From Candidatus Peribacteria bacterium (GTDB lineage Bacteria > Patescibacteriota > Gracilibacteria > Peribacterales > Peribacteraceae), in contig JBEPVF010000006.1 in NCBI GenBank assembly GCA_041691135.1, positions 1-64,000 on the forward strand: a stretch of DNA of 64,000 nucleotides. The letters run 5' to 3'. Position 1 is the stretch's first letter, and every line of letters starts with the position of its first letter. The notes beneath the pieces were generated by a model. That model was not told the origin of the DNA, ran no database searches, and was given only the letters and a program-made list of their open reading frames with translations. Both the position numbers and the translations under genes were made by a program. Positions 41,335-50,854 of this stretch are shown piece after piece.

Positions 41335-42728
41335 CGCTTGTCTCCTTGTATGCTTTGCTGCGTGGCTGTGCGTGCGTCTCTGATTAAGTCAGGTAGCCCG
41401 ACGCCGCGATATCCATTTCCTAAAAGGTATAGCCCATCGAGGCTTCGTACGCGCTCATCGAGTTCCTGCATTCGTTCCAGGTGGCCGACGGCGTATTGGG
41501 GAAGGCTCTTCGGCCAGCGCCGCACCACGGTGATCTGAGGCTCGGGCAATGGGCCGAGGATGTGCGCCAGTTCGAGCCGAGCAACGGAGGATACTTCGTC
41601 ATTGCCGCAGTGCATTAGTCGCTCAGCAGCGTCTCCGCCAAAGAAGGCGCGGATCAGCTTTCCATTTTGCGGTACGCGGTGGGCGTACTTCTGGTCTACA
41701 AAGGTACAGGCGAGCAGGCGGCTTCCCGATCCCTGCGGCACTAGAAATCCGAAGCCCGGCGGAGTGAGAAATTTTGTCGCGTCGGGAAATCCGAAGGCTA
41801 CGACTACCGCGGAGCTTGCGTCCATCTCCATGAGCTTGGCGGCGCGGCCATCAATGGGTAACAGCAGCTCTCGCGCGATGTGTGGGGGAGCGGCCATCAT
41901 GACGGTATCGAATGTTTCTTGCGAGGTGGAGGTCTCGAGTTGCCAGCGGTCGTGGCTGCGTGAGATGGATCGGATCTTCGTTCCCAAACGAATCCAGTCT
42001 TTGGGAATGGTTGCGATCATGCCGTCGATGAGCGTTCCCAATCCGCTTTGTAGCGTGGTGAAGACGGGAGACTGCTTGTTGCCGCTCGCGGTAGCGCGGG
42101 CCTGCATTGCGGCGATCAGGCTGCCGTGCTCGCGCTCCATCGCAACGAAGGGAGCCATGACGGCACGCACGCTCAACTTCGTCACATCTCCGCCGAAGAC
42201 GCCGCGCAGCAGCGGAGCGCCGATGGTTGCGAGCACTTCTTCGCCGAAGTGCCGCTGTACGAACGATGCGACGCTCTCGTCTTGTTGCGGTGCGCTGGCC
42301 TTGAGTTCTTCTGCTCGATTCACCTCGGCGTGAAAGGCTTGTTTTGCCTCTGCGCTGAATAAGTCCGATTGGTCGAGAGCGTCGAGGTTGGATGGAACCA
42401 TCATGCGCATTCCATCGGGCATCGCTTTGAGTTGGCCATCCATCACGATATAGGTCTTACGCGTGGCGTCATTGGAAGGCATGACTTGGTCGGCGAGGCC
42501 AAGCTCTTCGGCGAGTTCGCGGGCCCAGGGTTTTTCTGTCACCCAGGCATCGGGGCCGCATTCGATGACGAAGCCGCCTTCGCGCACGGTCTCGACGATG
42601 CCGCCTAGTCGTGGCGAGGCCTCGAAGAGCACGGCTTTTACTGCCGCTCCGTTGCCTGCGAGACGCGATAATTCATAGGCTGCCGTCAAACCTGCGATGC
42701 CGCCACTGACGATTGCTATCCGCTTCAT
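41331..42728 (-). CDS. hemG: Proto/coproporphyrinogen oxidase (HemY type)
   Basis: FAD-binding N-terminus, ECGPD, PGFGFLVP, PQYAVGH and YRGVGLPD. Confidence 0.9.
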   Translation of the reverse strand: MKRIAIVSGGIAGLTAAYELSRLAGNGAAVKAVLFEASPRLGGIVETVREGGFVIECGPDAWVTEKPWARELAEELGLADQVMPSNDATRKTYIVMDGQLKAMPDGMRMMVPSNLDALDQSDLFSAEAKQAFHAEVNRAEELKASAPQQDESVASFVQRHFGEEVLATIGAPLLRGVFGGDVTKLSVRAVMAPFVAMEREHGSLIAAMQARATASGNKQSPVFTTLQSGLGTLIDGMIATIPKDWIRLGTKIRSISRSHDRWQLETSTSQETFDTVMMAAPPHIARELLLPIDGRAAKLMEMDASSAVVVAFGFPDATKFLTPPGFGFLVPQGSGSRLLACTFVDQKYAHRVPQNGKLIRAFFGGDAAERLMHCGNDEVSSVARLELAHILGPLPEPQITVVRRWPKSLPQYAVGHLERMQELDERVRSLDGLYLLGNGYRGVGLPDLIRDARTATQQSIQGDKR

Positions 42729-42789
42729 TCACTCTCCTAAATAAGAATGCGGAGGCCAGGGCCTCCGCGTTAGCTCTGCTTCTGCCAGC

Positions 42790-43821
42790 TTAAACCTGCG
42801 CTGGAACGATCACCTCATCGACCGTCGCTTTGTATTGGCCTGATGCTATTTCAGTTAAAGCGTCGATGAGGATCTCGGAGTCGTTGAGGCTCTCGGCTCG
42901 CCATAACTTCAAACCGAGCTTTTGTGTTGTCTCGGTGAAGGCTACGTCGATGTCGTAGAGGATCTCGACGTGGTCGCAGAGAAAGCCTACGGGCTGCATG
43001 ACGACTCCGCTATGCCCCTGCTCTTTGATGGCCTTGAGGGTTTCCTCTACGGTTGGGCCGATCCATGGTCCGCCGCTGATGCCCTGACTCTGGAAGGCGA
43101 AGTACCAGTCCTTTTCTCCGAATCCGACCGGGGCCATGCGCTCGGCCACGAGTTCGGCGGTGCGCTTTGCTTCGACCGGGTAGGTGTCGGGAGACTCGGC
43201 TGCGGATGTTCCGTCAGCCGAAGCTTCCTTGGTCATGATGGTTCGACAGGGAACGCTGTGCGCCGTGAACAGCACAGGGACACGCTGCTTTGATTGCGCG
43301 CACGCCAGCGCCCACACCGGCCACAGGCGTTCGGCAAACGCCTGAGCGAGCAGCGGATGTTCAGCCCATCCAGCGACGAAGTCGACCTCAAGCCCATCGG
43401 CGGCGGCAAGGACGGCCTTGCGATAGAGACCGACGCTGGTGCGGGAGTTTTGCGGAGCGAGGCAGATCGCCTTGATATGGGTTACGCCGTCGAGCCGCAT
43501 CTGCGCGATGGCGTCGGCGATGTAGGGATGCCAGTTGCGCATGCCTACGTACACCCTGGTATTGGAATCGCCGTTGCGATCGAGGGAGCGCTCCAGCAGG
43601 TTGGCTTGAATGAGCGTCCATTTTGTCAGCGGCGGGGCTTCGGCTCCCGGCGTTTCGCCAAGGCCTATCTGCTGATAGCGATGCTGCAACTCCTCGACGA
43701 CCGCTTGCGGAAGGGAGCGGCCACCGGTCACTTTGCTGAGATATGCAGCCATCTCGCCGAGCACGTCGGGGGTGCCGTGGGCGAGCAGCAGAACGGCGCT
43801 TCGGCCTGTCTCTCCGCTCAT
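42790..43821 (-). CDS. hemH: Ferrochelatase
   Basis: LLLAHGTP, GMRNWHPYI, FTAHSVP, FQSQG and GFLCDHVEILYDID; ATGA overlap with hemE. Confidence 0.93.
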   Translation of the reverse strand: MSGETGRSAVLLLAHGTPDVLGEMAAYLSKVTGGRSLPQAVVEELQHRYQQIGLGETPGAEAPPLTKWTLIQANLLERSLDRNGDSNTRVYVGMRNWHPYIADAIAQMRLDGVTHIKAICLAPQNSRTSVGLYRKAVLAAADGLEVDFVAGWAEHPLLAQAFAERLWPVWALACAQSKQRVPVLFTAHSVPCRTIMTKEASADGTSAAESPDTYPVEAKRTAELVAERMAPVGFGEKDWYFAFQSQGISGGPWIGPTVEETLKAIKEQGHSGVVMQPVGFLCDHVEILYDIDVAFTETTQKLGLKLWRAESLNDSEILIDALTEIASGQYKATVDEVIVPAQV

Positions 43822-44942
43822 AGCGCTCCGTACTCCTTGACCCATTCGACGACTTTGATGACGCTTTCGACGGGAGTTCCGGGGACGATGCCATGGCCAA
43901 GGTTGAAGATGTGGCCGGGGCGTCCGGCTGCGGCGGCCAACACCTCGCGCACGCGGTCTTTGAGAATCTCTTCGGGTGCAAATAAGGTGATGGGGTCGAG
44001 GTTTCCCTGCACGGCATGGCCGGTGCCGATGGCCTTCCATCCCTGATCGAGCGGAATGCGCCAGTCGAGGCCGATGACGTCGGCTCCGGTCTCGGCCATG
44101 GAGGGCAGCAGGGAAGCGGTGTCTACGCCGAAGTAAATTACCGGAACTCCCAGCGACTGAATTCTTTGGACAAGTTCTGTCACCGCAGGGAGGCAGTAGC
44201 GCCGGTAATCGGTCACGCTCAGCGCGCCGACCCAGCTATCGAAGATCTGGATGACATCGGCTCCGGCCTCGACCTGCTGCTGTGCGAATCCGACCAGCAC
44301 TGTCAACAGTTTTTCCATTAGCATCTGCCATGCGACGTTGTCGCTATACATCAGCTTTTTGGTCTCGATGTAATTTCGCGAAGAGCCGCCTTCGATCATG
44401 TAGCTGGCGAGTGTGAACGGCGCGCCGCAAAATCCGATGATGCCAAGCTGATCGCCGTCGGCGCGGGGAGCGGAGAAGTGAGCGGCAACCTTCTCGATGG
44501 CCCGCGCCACGTAGCTTAGTTCTTCGATGCGGTCGGTGCGCAGTGCACGTATCTGCTCGGCGGAACGCACGGGCACATGGACGACGGGACCTTCGCCAGC
44601 GAGGAATTCGAAGTCGAGGCCCATGGGGGTGAAGGGCAGCAGCAGATCGGCAAAGATAATTGCGGCGTCCACGCCCAGCCGCTCGGCGGCGGTGATGGTC
44701 ACTTCGGCGGCGATCTCGGGGGTTCGGCAGATGTCGAGCAGCGAGTGGTGCTTGCGCACTGCCATGTATTCGGGCATGTATCGCCCGGCTTGACGCAGCA
44801 GCCAGATGGGAGTGCGATCAACTGGCTGGCGAAGGCAGGCACGGACAAATCTGCTTCCGGCGGATAGGGTTCCGGCAGGCTGAAGCGCAGCCGCGGATTC
44901 CGAGGATGCAGGGATCGACGCAGGACTCAAAGGGTTCTCCAT
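43818..44942 (-). CDS. hemE: Uroporphyrinogen decarboxylase
   Basis: PIWLLRQAGRYMPEY, GAPFTLASY, QGNLDP and FNLGHG. Confidence 0.96.
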   Translation of the reverse strand: MENPLSPASIPASSESAAALQPAGTLSAGSRFVRACLRQPVDRTPIWLLRQAGRYMPEYMAVRKHHSLLDICRTPEIAAEVTITAAERLGVDAAIIFADLLLPFTPMGLDFEFLAGEGPVVHVPVRSAEQIRALRTDRIEELSYVARAIEKVAAHFSAPRADGDQLGIIGFCGAPFTLASYMIEGGSSRNYIETKKLMYSDNVAWQMLMEKLLTVLVGFAQQQVEAGADVIQIFDSWVGALSVTDYRRYCLPAVTELVQRIQSLGVPVIYFGVDTASLLPSMAETGADVIGLDWRIPLDQGWKAIGTGHAVQGNLDPITLFAPEEILKDRVREVLAAAAGRPGHIFNLGHGIVPGTPVESVIKVVEWVKEYGAL

Positions 44943-45049
44943 TGCTATGCTTTTGAGCCTAGCACCAGCCGCTTGCCGCTTCCAGCGGTGGCGATTGATT
45001 TTGATACAAAAGCGACACAGATTTGTTTGAGAAGCGGCTAAAAAAATGA

Positions 45050-45170
45050 AGGCTTAACACCGATTTGCAGCGATACCGCCGATCAGGAACAGGCAACAGC
45101 AAAGACGGAAATATAGGGGTCTCTCCACTGCGCCACGCGATAAAACCGCGTGGCTCCGGTCGAGATGACG
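45050..45170 (-). repeat. REP family A copy with AGGCTTAACACCGAT flank module
   Basis: Core 45108-45170. Confidence 0.88.
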
Positions 45171-45219
45171 TGGGTTTAGAGGTTCGATGATGTGGTTCGA
45201 TGATGTTTTTTTACACCTT

Positions 45220-45465
45220 TTAGGGTTCCAGGCGGAAGGTAAACTCTTCGATTACCGGATTGGTGAGCACCTCGCGCGCAATCCGTTCGATCTCGGCCTG
45301 CGCCGCGTTCTGGTCCAATCCATCTTCCAAAGTCAGCAGGAAATACTTCCCCTGCCGTACGTCAGCAACGCCGCGATATTCCATTCGCCGCAATGCATCC
45401 GCGACTGTCTGCCCCTGGGCATCCAGCACCGTTCGTTTCAGCGTGACATAGACATGAGCCTTCAT
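45220..45465 (-). CDS. purS: FGAM synthase subunit PurS
   Basis: VLDAQG, VRQGKYF and LTNPVIE. Confidence 0.93.
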   Translation of the reverse strand: MKAHVYVTLKRTVLDAQGQTVADALRRMEYRGVADVRQGKYFLLTLEDGLDQNAAQAEIERIAREVLTNPVIEEFTFRLEP

Positions 45466-45591
45466 TCTGCTTGATTATAGACAAGGTGACGCTTTCCTTC
45501 CTAAAACGGAGAGAAAACCGTCCCCTTAGGCCGCTGCCGTCGCGCGCCACAGGCTGCAAAATTTCGCACACGAGAAGAGATCCCAGATTTT

Positions 45592-46149
45592 ATGCCGAAC
45601 TATCTTGAGCTACCCATCGGAGATAAAGCCCCCGAGGTAATCAACGCCGTCATCGAGATCCCCTCCGAAGGAATCAACAAATACGAGTACGACAAGAAGC
45701 TGCACGTCTTCCGGCTAGACCGCAATCTTTATTCTCCCGTCCACTATCCGGGGGACTACGGCTTTATTCCCAGCACGCTTGCGGCGGACGGCGATCCGCT
45801 GGACGTTCTGGTGCTGGTGGATACGCCTAGTTTTTCCGGCTGCATTCAGGAGGTTCGTCCCATCGGCGTGCTGGAGATGCTCGATCAGGGCATCGCTGAC
45901 GAGAAGGTCCTTTGCGTGGGCAAGAACAATCCGCGCTATCAGGATGTCTGGAACTACTCCGAGATCTACCCTCACATGCTTAAGGAGATTACGCACTTCT
46001 TTGCCATCTACAAAGACCTCGAAGGCAAGCGCGTCGAAGTGAAAGGCTGGCGGGATGCGTCTTTTGCGCGCGACAAGGTGCTCGAAGCGCAACAGGCCTT
46101 TCTCGACAACAAGGCGAAGATTGAGGTAAAGGCTGTTGCTCAGAAGTAG
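45592..46149 (+). CDS. ppa: Inorganic pyrophosphatase (family I)
   Basis: KYEYDK, YPGDYGFIPST and DGDPLD. Confidence 0.96.
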   Translation: MPNYLELPIGDKAPEVINAVIEIPSEGINKYEYDKKLHVFRLDRNLYSPVHYPGDYGFIPSTLAADGDPLDVLVLVDTPSFSGCIQEVRPIGVLEMLDQGIADEKVLCVGKNNPRYQDVWNYSEIYPHMLKEITHFFAIYKDLEGKRVEVKGWRDASFARDKVLEAQQAFLDNKAKIEVKAVAQK

Positions 46150-46184
46150 ATGGCTTGCTCGAGCCTTCCCGGTCAGCGGAAGAT

Positions 46185-46230
46185 AAATACAGGGGTCTCT
46201 CCACTGCGCTACGCTTCGGTCGAGATGACG
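46185..46230 (-). repeat. REP family A copy
   Basis: Conserved ends. Confidence 0.88.
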
Positions 46231-46324
46231 TGCTTCTGTGTTTTCACAAGAATGCTATGGGCCGCTGAAGTCTAGCGGCCCTATCGCCTGCCGTGGCCGG
46301 CATACAACGGCGAAACGTATAGGG

Positions 46325-46400
46325 TGGTGAGCGAGGCAGGGCTCGAACCTGCAACCGTCAGCTTAGAAGGCTGATGCTCTATCCATTGAGCTACTCGCCC
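46325..46400 (-). tRNA. tRNA-Arg(TCT)
   Basis: Cloverleaf GGGCGAG...CTTCTAA loop...GGTTCGAG...CTCGCTC-ACCA. Confidence 0.95.
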
Positions 46401-46525
46401 CTACATCTTCCTGATCGATTGTAGCGGGTAGAGCGGGCAACCGGAAATGCAGAGAGCTTGTTTAGAAACTGCTCTGGCTGGCGCGGTGTTTGATAGAAAG
46501 AACAGGCAACGGCAGGAACAAGGAC

Positions 46526-46633
46526 AAATACAGGGGTCTCTCCACTCCGCTGCGCTCCGGTCGAGATGACGTGCTGTTTGTTGCGCTTCGTCCAAGTGAC
46601 GTGCTGTTTGTTGCTTCGGTCGAGATGACGTGC
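46526..46633 (-). repeat. REP family A copy with partials
   Basis: Core 46526-46571. Confidence 0.88.
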
Positions 46634-46654
46634 TTTAGAGTATGGAATAAATAT

Positions 46655-47275
46655 TCATGCGAAGGAGAGGTCCTTGCTGCGGACGAGGCTTACGATCGCA
46701 TCGAGGGCGCTGGCCCAGTTCTCTTCGGCAGATTGTGGATCGTGGCCAAGGGCTTTGAGGTAGAGGCTGAGAGCGAAGCCTTCTTGTGGCCCGGTGAGGT
46801 CGACGAGCGCAGGGCGCAGAACACAGTCGAGCATGGCGTAAGGATGGTTGAGGGGCGCGGCGTGCCGGGTGAGGCGATGGAGAAGCTGCTCGTGCTGGTG
46901 GAACGAGGTGAAGATGGAACGTTCGCGCCAGAGGATGTCGATGTAGCTGACGAAGCCGTGGGAGGCGTCGTGGGAGGCGTCGTCGAAGATATCGAGATTG
47001 ATGCGAAGGCTTTCGATCTCGTCTGCGTCTTGTTTTGGACGGAGCGGCCAGGCATCGCATTTGGCCGTGAACACTGGAGAGCGGGGCGCGTTGAGCGAGC
47101 GCAGAGCGTGCATGAGCGGAGGATGAAGCTCCGCTTCGGGCAGGTGGTCGAGGTCGTAGGGATTTTCGCGCAGGTCGATGAAACGGCGGTTGCCGCTGGG
47201 GTCTGAGGGATCAGACCAGGGGATGACGAGGACGGGATCGTCTGCGGAGGCTTCTACGGACCATTCGGCGAGCAT
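46655..47275 (-). CDS. Hypothetical protein
   Basis: About 206 aa ORF with a -10 box (TAAGAT) 8 nt before the ATG; no motif recognised. Confidence 0.7.
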   Translation of the reverse strand: MLAEWSVEASADDPVLVIPWSDPSDPSGNRRFIDLRENPYDLDHLPEAELHPPLMHALRSLNAPRSPVFTAKCDAWPLRPKQDADEIESLRINLDIFDDASHDASHGFVSYIDILWRERSIFTSFHQHEQLLHRLTRHAAPLNHPYAMLDCVLRPALVDLTGPQEGFALSLYLKALGHDPQSAEENWASALDAIVSLVRSKDLSFA

Positions 47276-47360
47276 CAATGATTATCTTAGTGCCTGTTTA
47301 AAGGCTGAGGGCTGGTTATCGGCTTGTGTTGATGAGCAACAGGCAAAAAAACAAGAAAAG

Positions 47361-47408
47361 CGAAATACAGGGGTCTCTCCACTGCGCTGCGCTTCGGTCG
47401 AGATGACG
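47361..47408 (-). repeat. REP family A copy
   Basis: Conserved ends. Confidence 0.88.
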
Positions 47409-47474
47409 TACCTTTTTTGCTGCTTCGATCGAGACGATGGTTGGCTGGGGCGGAATGGTCTGGCTGCGAACGGG

Positions 47475-48512
47475 CTAAGCGTTGGCTAGGATGAAGCGCA
47501 GGAGCGTGTGCTCGGCCCAGTAGCCGTCGTAGTTGGTGGCGGGGTCTGGTTGGGCGAGGAAGGCGCAGTGGCCGCCCTGGGCGGTTTCGAGAAGAGTGAT
47601 GTTCGGGTTCGAGATGATCTTGTCGCGGGTATCGGGTGCGATGCGAATGAAGGGATCGTCGAGAGAGCTAAGGATGAGGGTGGGGACGGTGATCTGGTCG
47701 ACAACGCGAGCTGCGGCTACGCGATGATAGTAGTCCTCGGCCCCGGAGAAACCGGCGTAGAGAGCGATGATGCGCTCGTCGAAGTCGCGCAGCGAACTGA
47801 TGCCTATCGCACGGTTGGGATCGAAGGCACGAGGGAAGAGCGATGCCTTGCGGCGAAAACGGCGCAGCATGGCGCGTACGAATTTCTTCTCGTAGATGCG
47901 GTTCTGCCAAAGGTGGAGAGCGTCGGAGGAGGGAGCAAGATCGATGACCGGAGAGATTCCGATGGCCGCCCGGAGCTGTGGCGGCGGGGTTTTGCCGAGG
48001 TCGCCCGCAAGCTTGAGCACAAGATTGCCGCCCATGGAGTAGCCGATGAGCGCGATGGATTGAAGCTGATGCAGATCGACGAAGAAACGCATGACGGCGT
48101 CGACGTCGCCTGAGAGACCAGAGTGGTAGAGCGTAGGCGCAAGCGCTTCGGTGCCGCCGCAGTTGCGCATGTTCATGCGGACGATGTTGCAGCCGGCCCG
48201 CCAGAGCTTGTTGGCGTTGCCGACCACGTACTGCGAATCGGAGGAGCCTTCGAGCCCGTGCACGATGATGGCGGTGGGACGGGCGGCGCGGACCTCTGCT
48301 GGCTGCCAGTGACAGTGGCAGAGGACCTGGCTGGAGATCTGATGCTCAGTGGCAGGAGAGACTTCGACGAGCTGGGCTTCGGGCGCAGGAAGACTGTTGG
48401 CGCGGGGAAGATAGTTGCCGAAGATGGTCTGCAGGTGGCCGCTGTGCAGGAAGCGCCGCGGCTGAAAGTCGGTGGTCTGAATGGCGTCGGTTGGAATCGT
48501 TGTTGCTGACAT
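47475..48512 (-). CDS. YheT-like alpha/beta hydrolase
   Basis: GHLQTI, HGLEGSS, GYSMGGN, DDPF and GGH. Confidence 0.9.
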   Translation of the reverse strand: MSATTIPTDAIQTTDFQPRRFLHSGHLQTIFGNYLPRANSLPAPEAQLVEVSPATEHQISSQVLCHCHWQPAEVRAARPTAIIVHGLEGSSDSQYVVGNANKLWRAGCNIVRMNMRNCGGTEALAPTLYHSGLSGDVDAVMRFFVDLHQLQSIALIGYSMGGNLVLKLAGDLGKTPPPQLRAAIGISPVIDLAPSSDALHLWQNRIYEKKFVRAMLRRFRRKASLFPRAFDPNRAIGISSLRDFDERIIALYAGFSGAEDYYHRVAAARVVDQITVPTLILSSLDDPFIRIAPDTRDKIISNPNITLLETAQGGHCAFLAQPDPATNYDGYWAEHTLLRFILANA

Positions 48513-49273
48513 CAGTGCTTGTCCTCGATGGCGAGAGTGCGGTCGAGGAAAGCTTTGGCGTTGAGCGCGCCGGTCGGTTCGTCCTCGTGCTTGAAGTAGG
48601 CGTAGACATCGCGCTGCTGCGCGAGTGCGGTGAAACGTCTGGCGAAGGTGTCGAGTTCGGCGGAGGTGTAGCCGCCGCTGCTACGCAGGCGGAAACAGGT
48701 GAATCCGGCCGCGGTGTGTACCTCGGGAGTCTTAAGGTCGTCGCTTTCGGCGATGCAGAGCGCCGCGTCGTGTTGGCGCAGGAGGGTATAAATCTCGTCG
48801 CTGAACCACGACTCGTGGCGGAACTCAAATGCTATGCGGGGTGCATTCGATATCTGTAATAAAGGTGTTGTGAGAAATGCGGTGAGCAGGGCGGCGTCAG
48901 CCTTGAAGTTCGGAGGGAGTTGAAAGAGCAGGGGGCCGAGTTTGCCTGCACGTCGAACGGGCTCTAGCGCGGCGATGAATTGGGCCACGTCGGCTTCGCA
49001 ATCGCGGAGACGTCTGAAGTGGGTGATGCGCTGCGGGGCCTTGAAGCTGAAGCGGAAATGCGATGGAGTCGATGCCAGCCAGCCTTCCAGAATCTTTTCG
49101 GTGGGCAAGGCGCGGAAGGTGTAGTTGACCTCGACAGAGGTGAGTTGGGAGGCGTAGAACTCGAGGAACTTCTTTGCGGGAGTGCCGGGAGGATAGAAGT
49201 CAGGTTTCCATGTCGGATAAGCCCAGCCGGAGGTTCCGGCATAGATTCGAGTTGAGGCTTGGGTGGAAACCAC
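48512..49273 (-). CDS. DUF72 family protein
   Basis: GTSGWAY, VEVNYTF, KAPQRITH, LFQLPP and FEFRHESW. Confidence 0.92.
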   Translation of the reverse strand: MVSTQASTRIYAGTSGWAYPTWKPDFYPPGTPAKKFLEFYASQLTSVEVNYTFRALPTEKILEGWLASTPSHFRFSFKAPQRITHFRRLRDCEADVAQFIAALEPVRRAGKLGPLLFQLPPNFKADAALLTAFLTTPLLQISNAPRIAFEFRHESWFSDEIYTLLRQHDAALCIAESDDLKTPEVHTAAGFTCFRLRSSGGYTSAELDTFARRFTALAQQRDVYAYFKHEDEPTGALNAKAFLDRTLAIEDKH

Positions 49274-49316
49274 GACGGATCGGGGACCTGGAGTCGCTTA
49301 TGAGGAGAGAAAATTT

Positions 49317-49392
49317 TGGGGCGGCTAGTGGGTTTCGAACCCACGACATCCGCTGCCACAGAGCGGCGTTCTGCCACTGAACTATAGCCGCC
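49317..49392 (-). tRNA. tRNA-His(GTG)
   Basis: Cloverleaf with G-1, CTGTGGC anticodon loop and encoded CCA. Confidence 0.95.
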
Positions 49393-49427
49393 GTATACTG
49401 AGAATTATAGCACCGAGTAGGAGTGCG

Positions 49428-49976
49428 ATGGAATTTACAGCAAAGCCCGAGGTTCCGCCGCCGCGCACGAAACGCGGGGGAAAGCTGAGCGGAAAATTAT
49501 TCGATGACGAGAACCTGAATCTGCTGTCCCATGTCCTCGACGATTTTCTGAAGATTCCCGGAACTTCGATCCGCTTCGGCCTCGACGGCATTGTCGGCGT
49601 TATTCCGGGAATTGGCGATTTGATTGGCGGGATTGCTTCGTGCATCATCATCATCGCGGCCTGGATGCGTGGGGTTTCGTATGTCACGCTGGCGCGCATG
49701 GTGGCCAATGTCGGTATCGAGGTGGTGGTGGGATCGGTGCCGATTGTGGGAGACATGTTCGACATCGCCTGGCGGGCGAACCGGCGCAACTACGCCTTGC
49801 TGGCGGGCAGCCTGGTGCAGCCGCGAAAACATACGATTCAGAGTTGGGTATTTTTGATTGTGCTCTGCGTTGTGCTGGCGGGGCTGGTGCTGTTGCCTAT
49901 GCTGCTGATTGCATGGATGGCGGAACATGTGTTGCGAGCGATTGGTATGGACATGCATCGACTCTTCGCAATGTAG
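49428..49976 (+). CDS. DUF4112 family membrane protein
   Basis: IPGTSIRFGLDGIVGVIPGIGD and GDMFDIAWRANRRN. Confidence 0.88.
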   Translation: MEFTAKPEVPPPRTKRGGKLSGKLFDDENLNLLSHVLDDFLKIPGTSIRFGLDGIVGVIPGIGDLIGGIASCIIIIAAWMRGVSYVTLARMVANVGIEVVVGSVPIVGDMFDIAWRANRRNYALLAGSLVQPRKHTIQSWVFLIVLCVVLAGLVLLPMLLIAWMAEHVLRAIGMDMHRLFAM

Positions 49977-50015
49977 CGTGAGCCTTTGGCCTGAATGCTA
50001 TAAACTAAAACGAGT

Positions 50016-50092
<77 letters not shown>

Positions 50093-50176
50093 TCTAACCT
50101 ATTTACCTTCAACACTTTTGACCGAGTAAGGAGGGGATGATACCAAGAGTGATACCACTTTGCCGGGAGTTTTCCC

Positions 50177-50387
50177 ATGCAGGTGAATATCACCAAGCGT
50201 ATTAACACCCCCGAAGGCAAGCGTTACTGCCCTGTCGTCGTCGGTCCTAACGGCCGCATCAAGCCCGATTGGGTGATGGTGAATGACCGCCAGGAAAAGC
50301 ACCCAGAAGGCGCCTACTACCTTGACTGGAACGAAGACGGAAAGCGCAGGCGCATGTCCGTCGGCACCGACGCGGCTGCTGCGTATA
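50177..50387 (+). pseudogene. Truncated integrase (N-terminal arm-binding-like segment only)
   Basis: Directly downstream of tRNA-Pro; [19 protein letters not shown] resembles tyrosine-integrase N-termini; no catalytic domain follows. Confidence 0.65.
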
Positions 50388-50778
50388 CCACTCACTTCCA
50401 AAGGCAGGAACCGAGTAGACGCCCCAATGAATAAATATCCCAAATTTGGCATCCTTATACCACTCCGGCAACGGCACTCTGGAGAGCGTCGTCCAATCCT
50501 CGGTGTAGGGAAGGTCCGAACTTCGTCGATCTACTTTTTTGAGGATCGCCGCACGCTCAGCGTCATATTTGCTACTGGCCTTCTGCCATTGCTGATCAAT
50601 TGTTGTGGCTGGAAGATCACGGGTGGGAGCATTCACCGACTAGGCACTCGCTGAAGTATGTGTAAAAATAAGCACCGCGCACAGCGTTATCAGCAATACA
50701 ACATAATGGAGGTGAAGGGCAGTGGCCTTAATCCAAACATAGTATCCAATTTCAGGTATGGGTATCGTTCTTCTTCAT
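50385..50778 (-). pseudogene. GH29 alpha-L-fucosidase 5' fragment
   Basis: [21 protein letters not shown]; in-frame TAG (50640-50642) after a signal peptide; truncated at the integrase junction; 5' end approximate. Confidence 0.8.
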
Positions 50779-50854
50779 GGCGATATTGCATTGGTCGACT
50801 TATCTGGTGATCAGATCTAAATCCTTTTGGTGCTCGTAAGTTTTGATATTAGGC

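Noticed and set aside
46325-49392. tRNA-Arg and tRNA-His as integration sites
   Set aside because: Flanks have host composition and host repeats; no integrase or duplicated 3' end seen.
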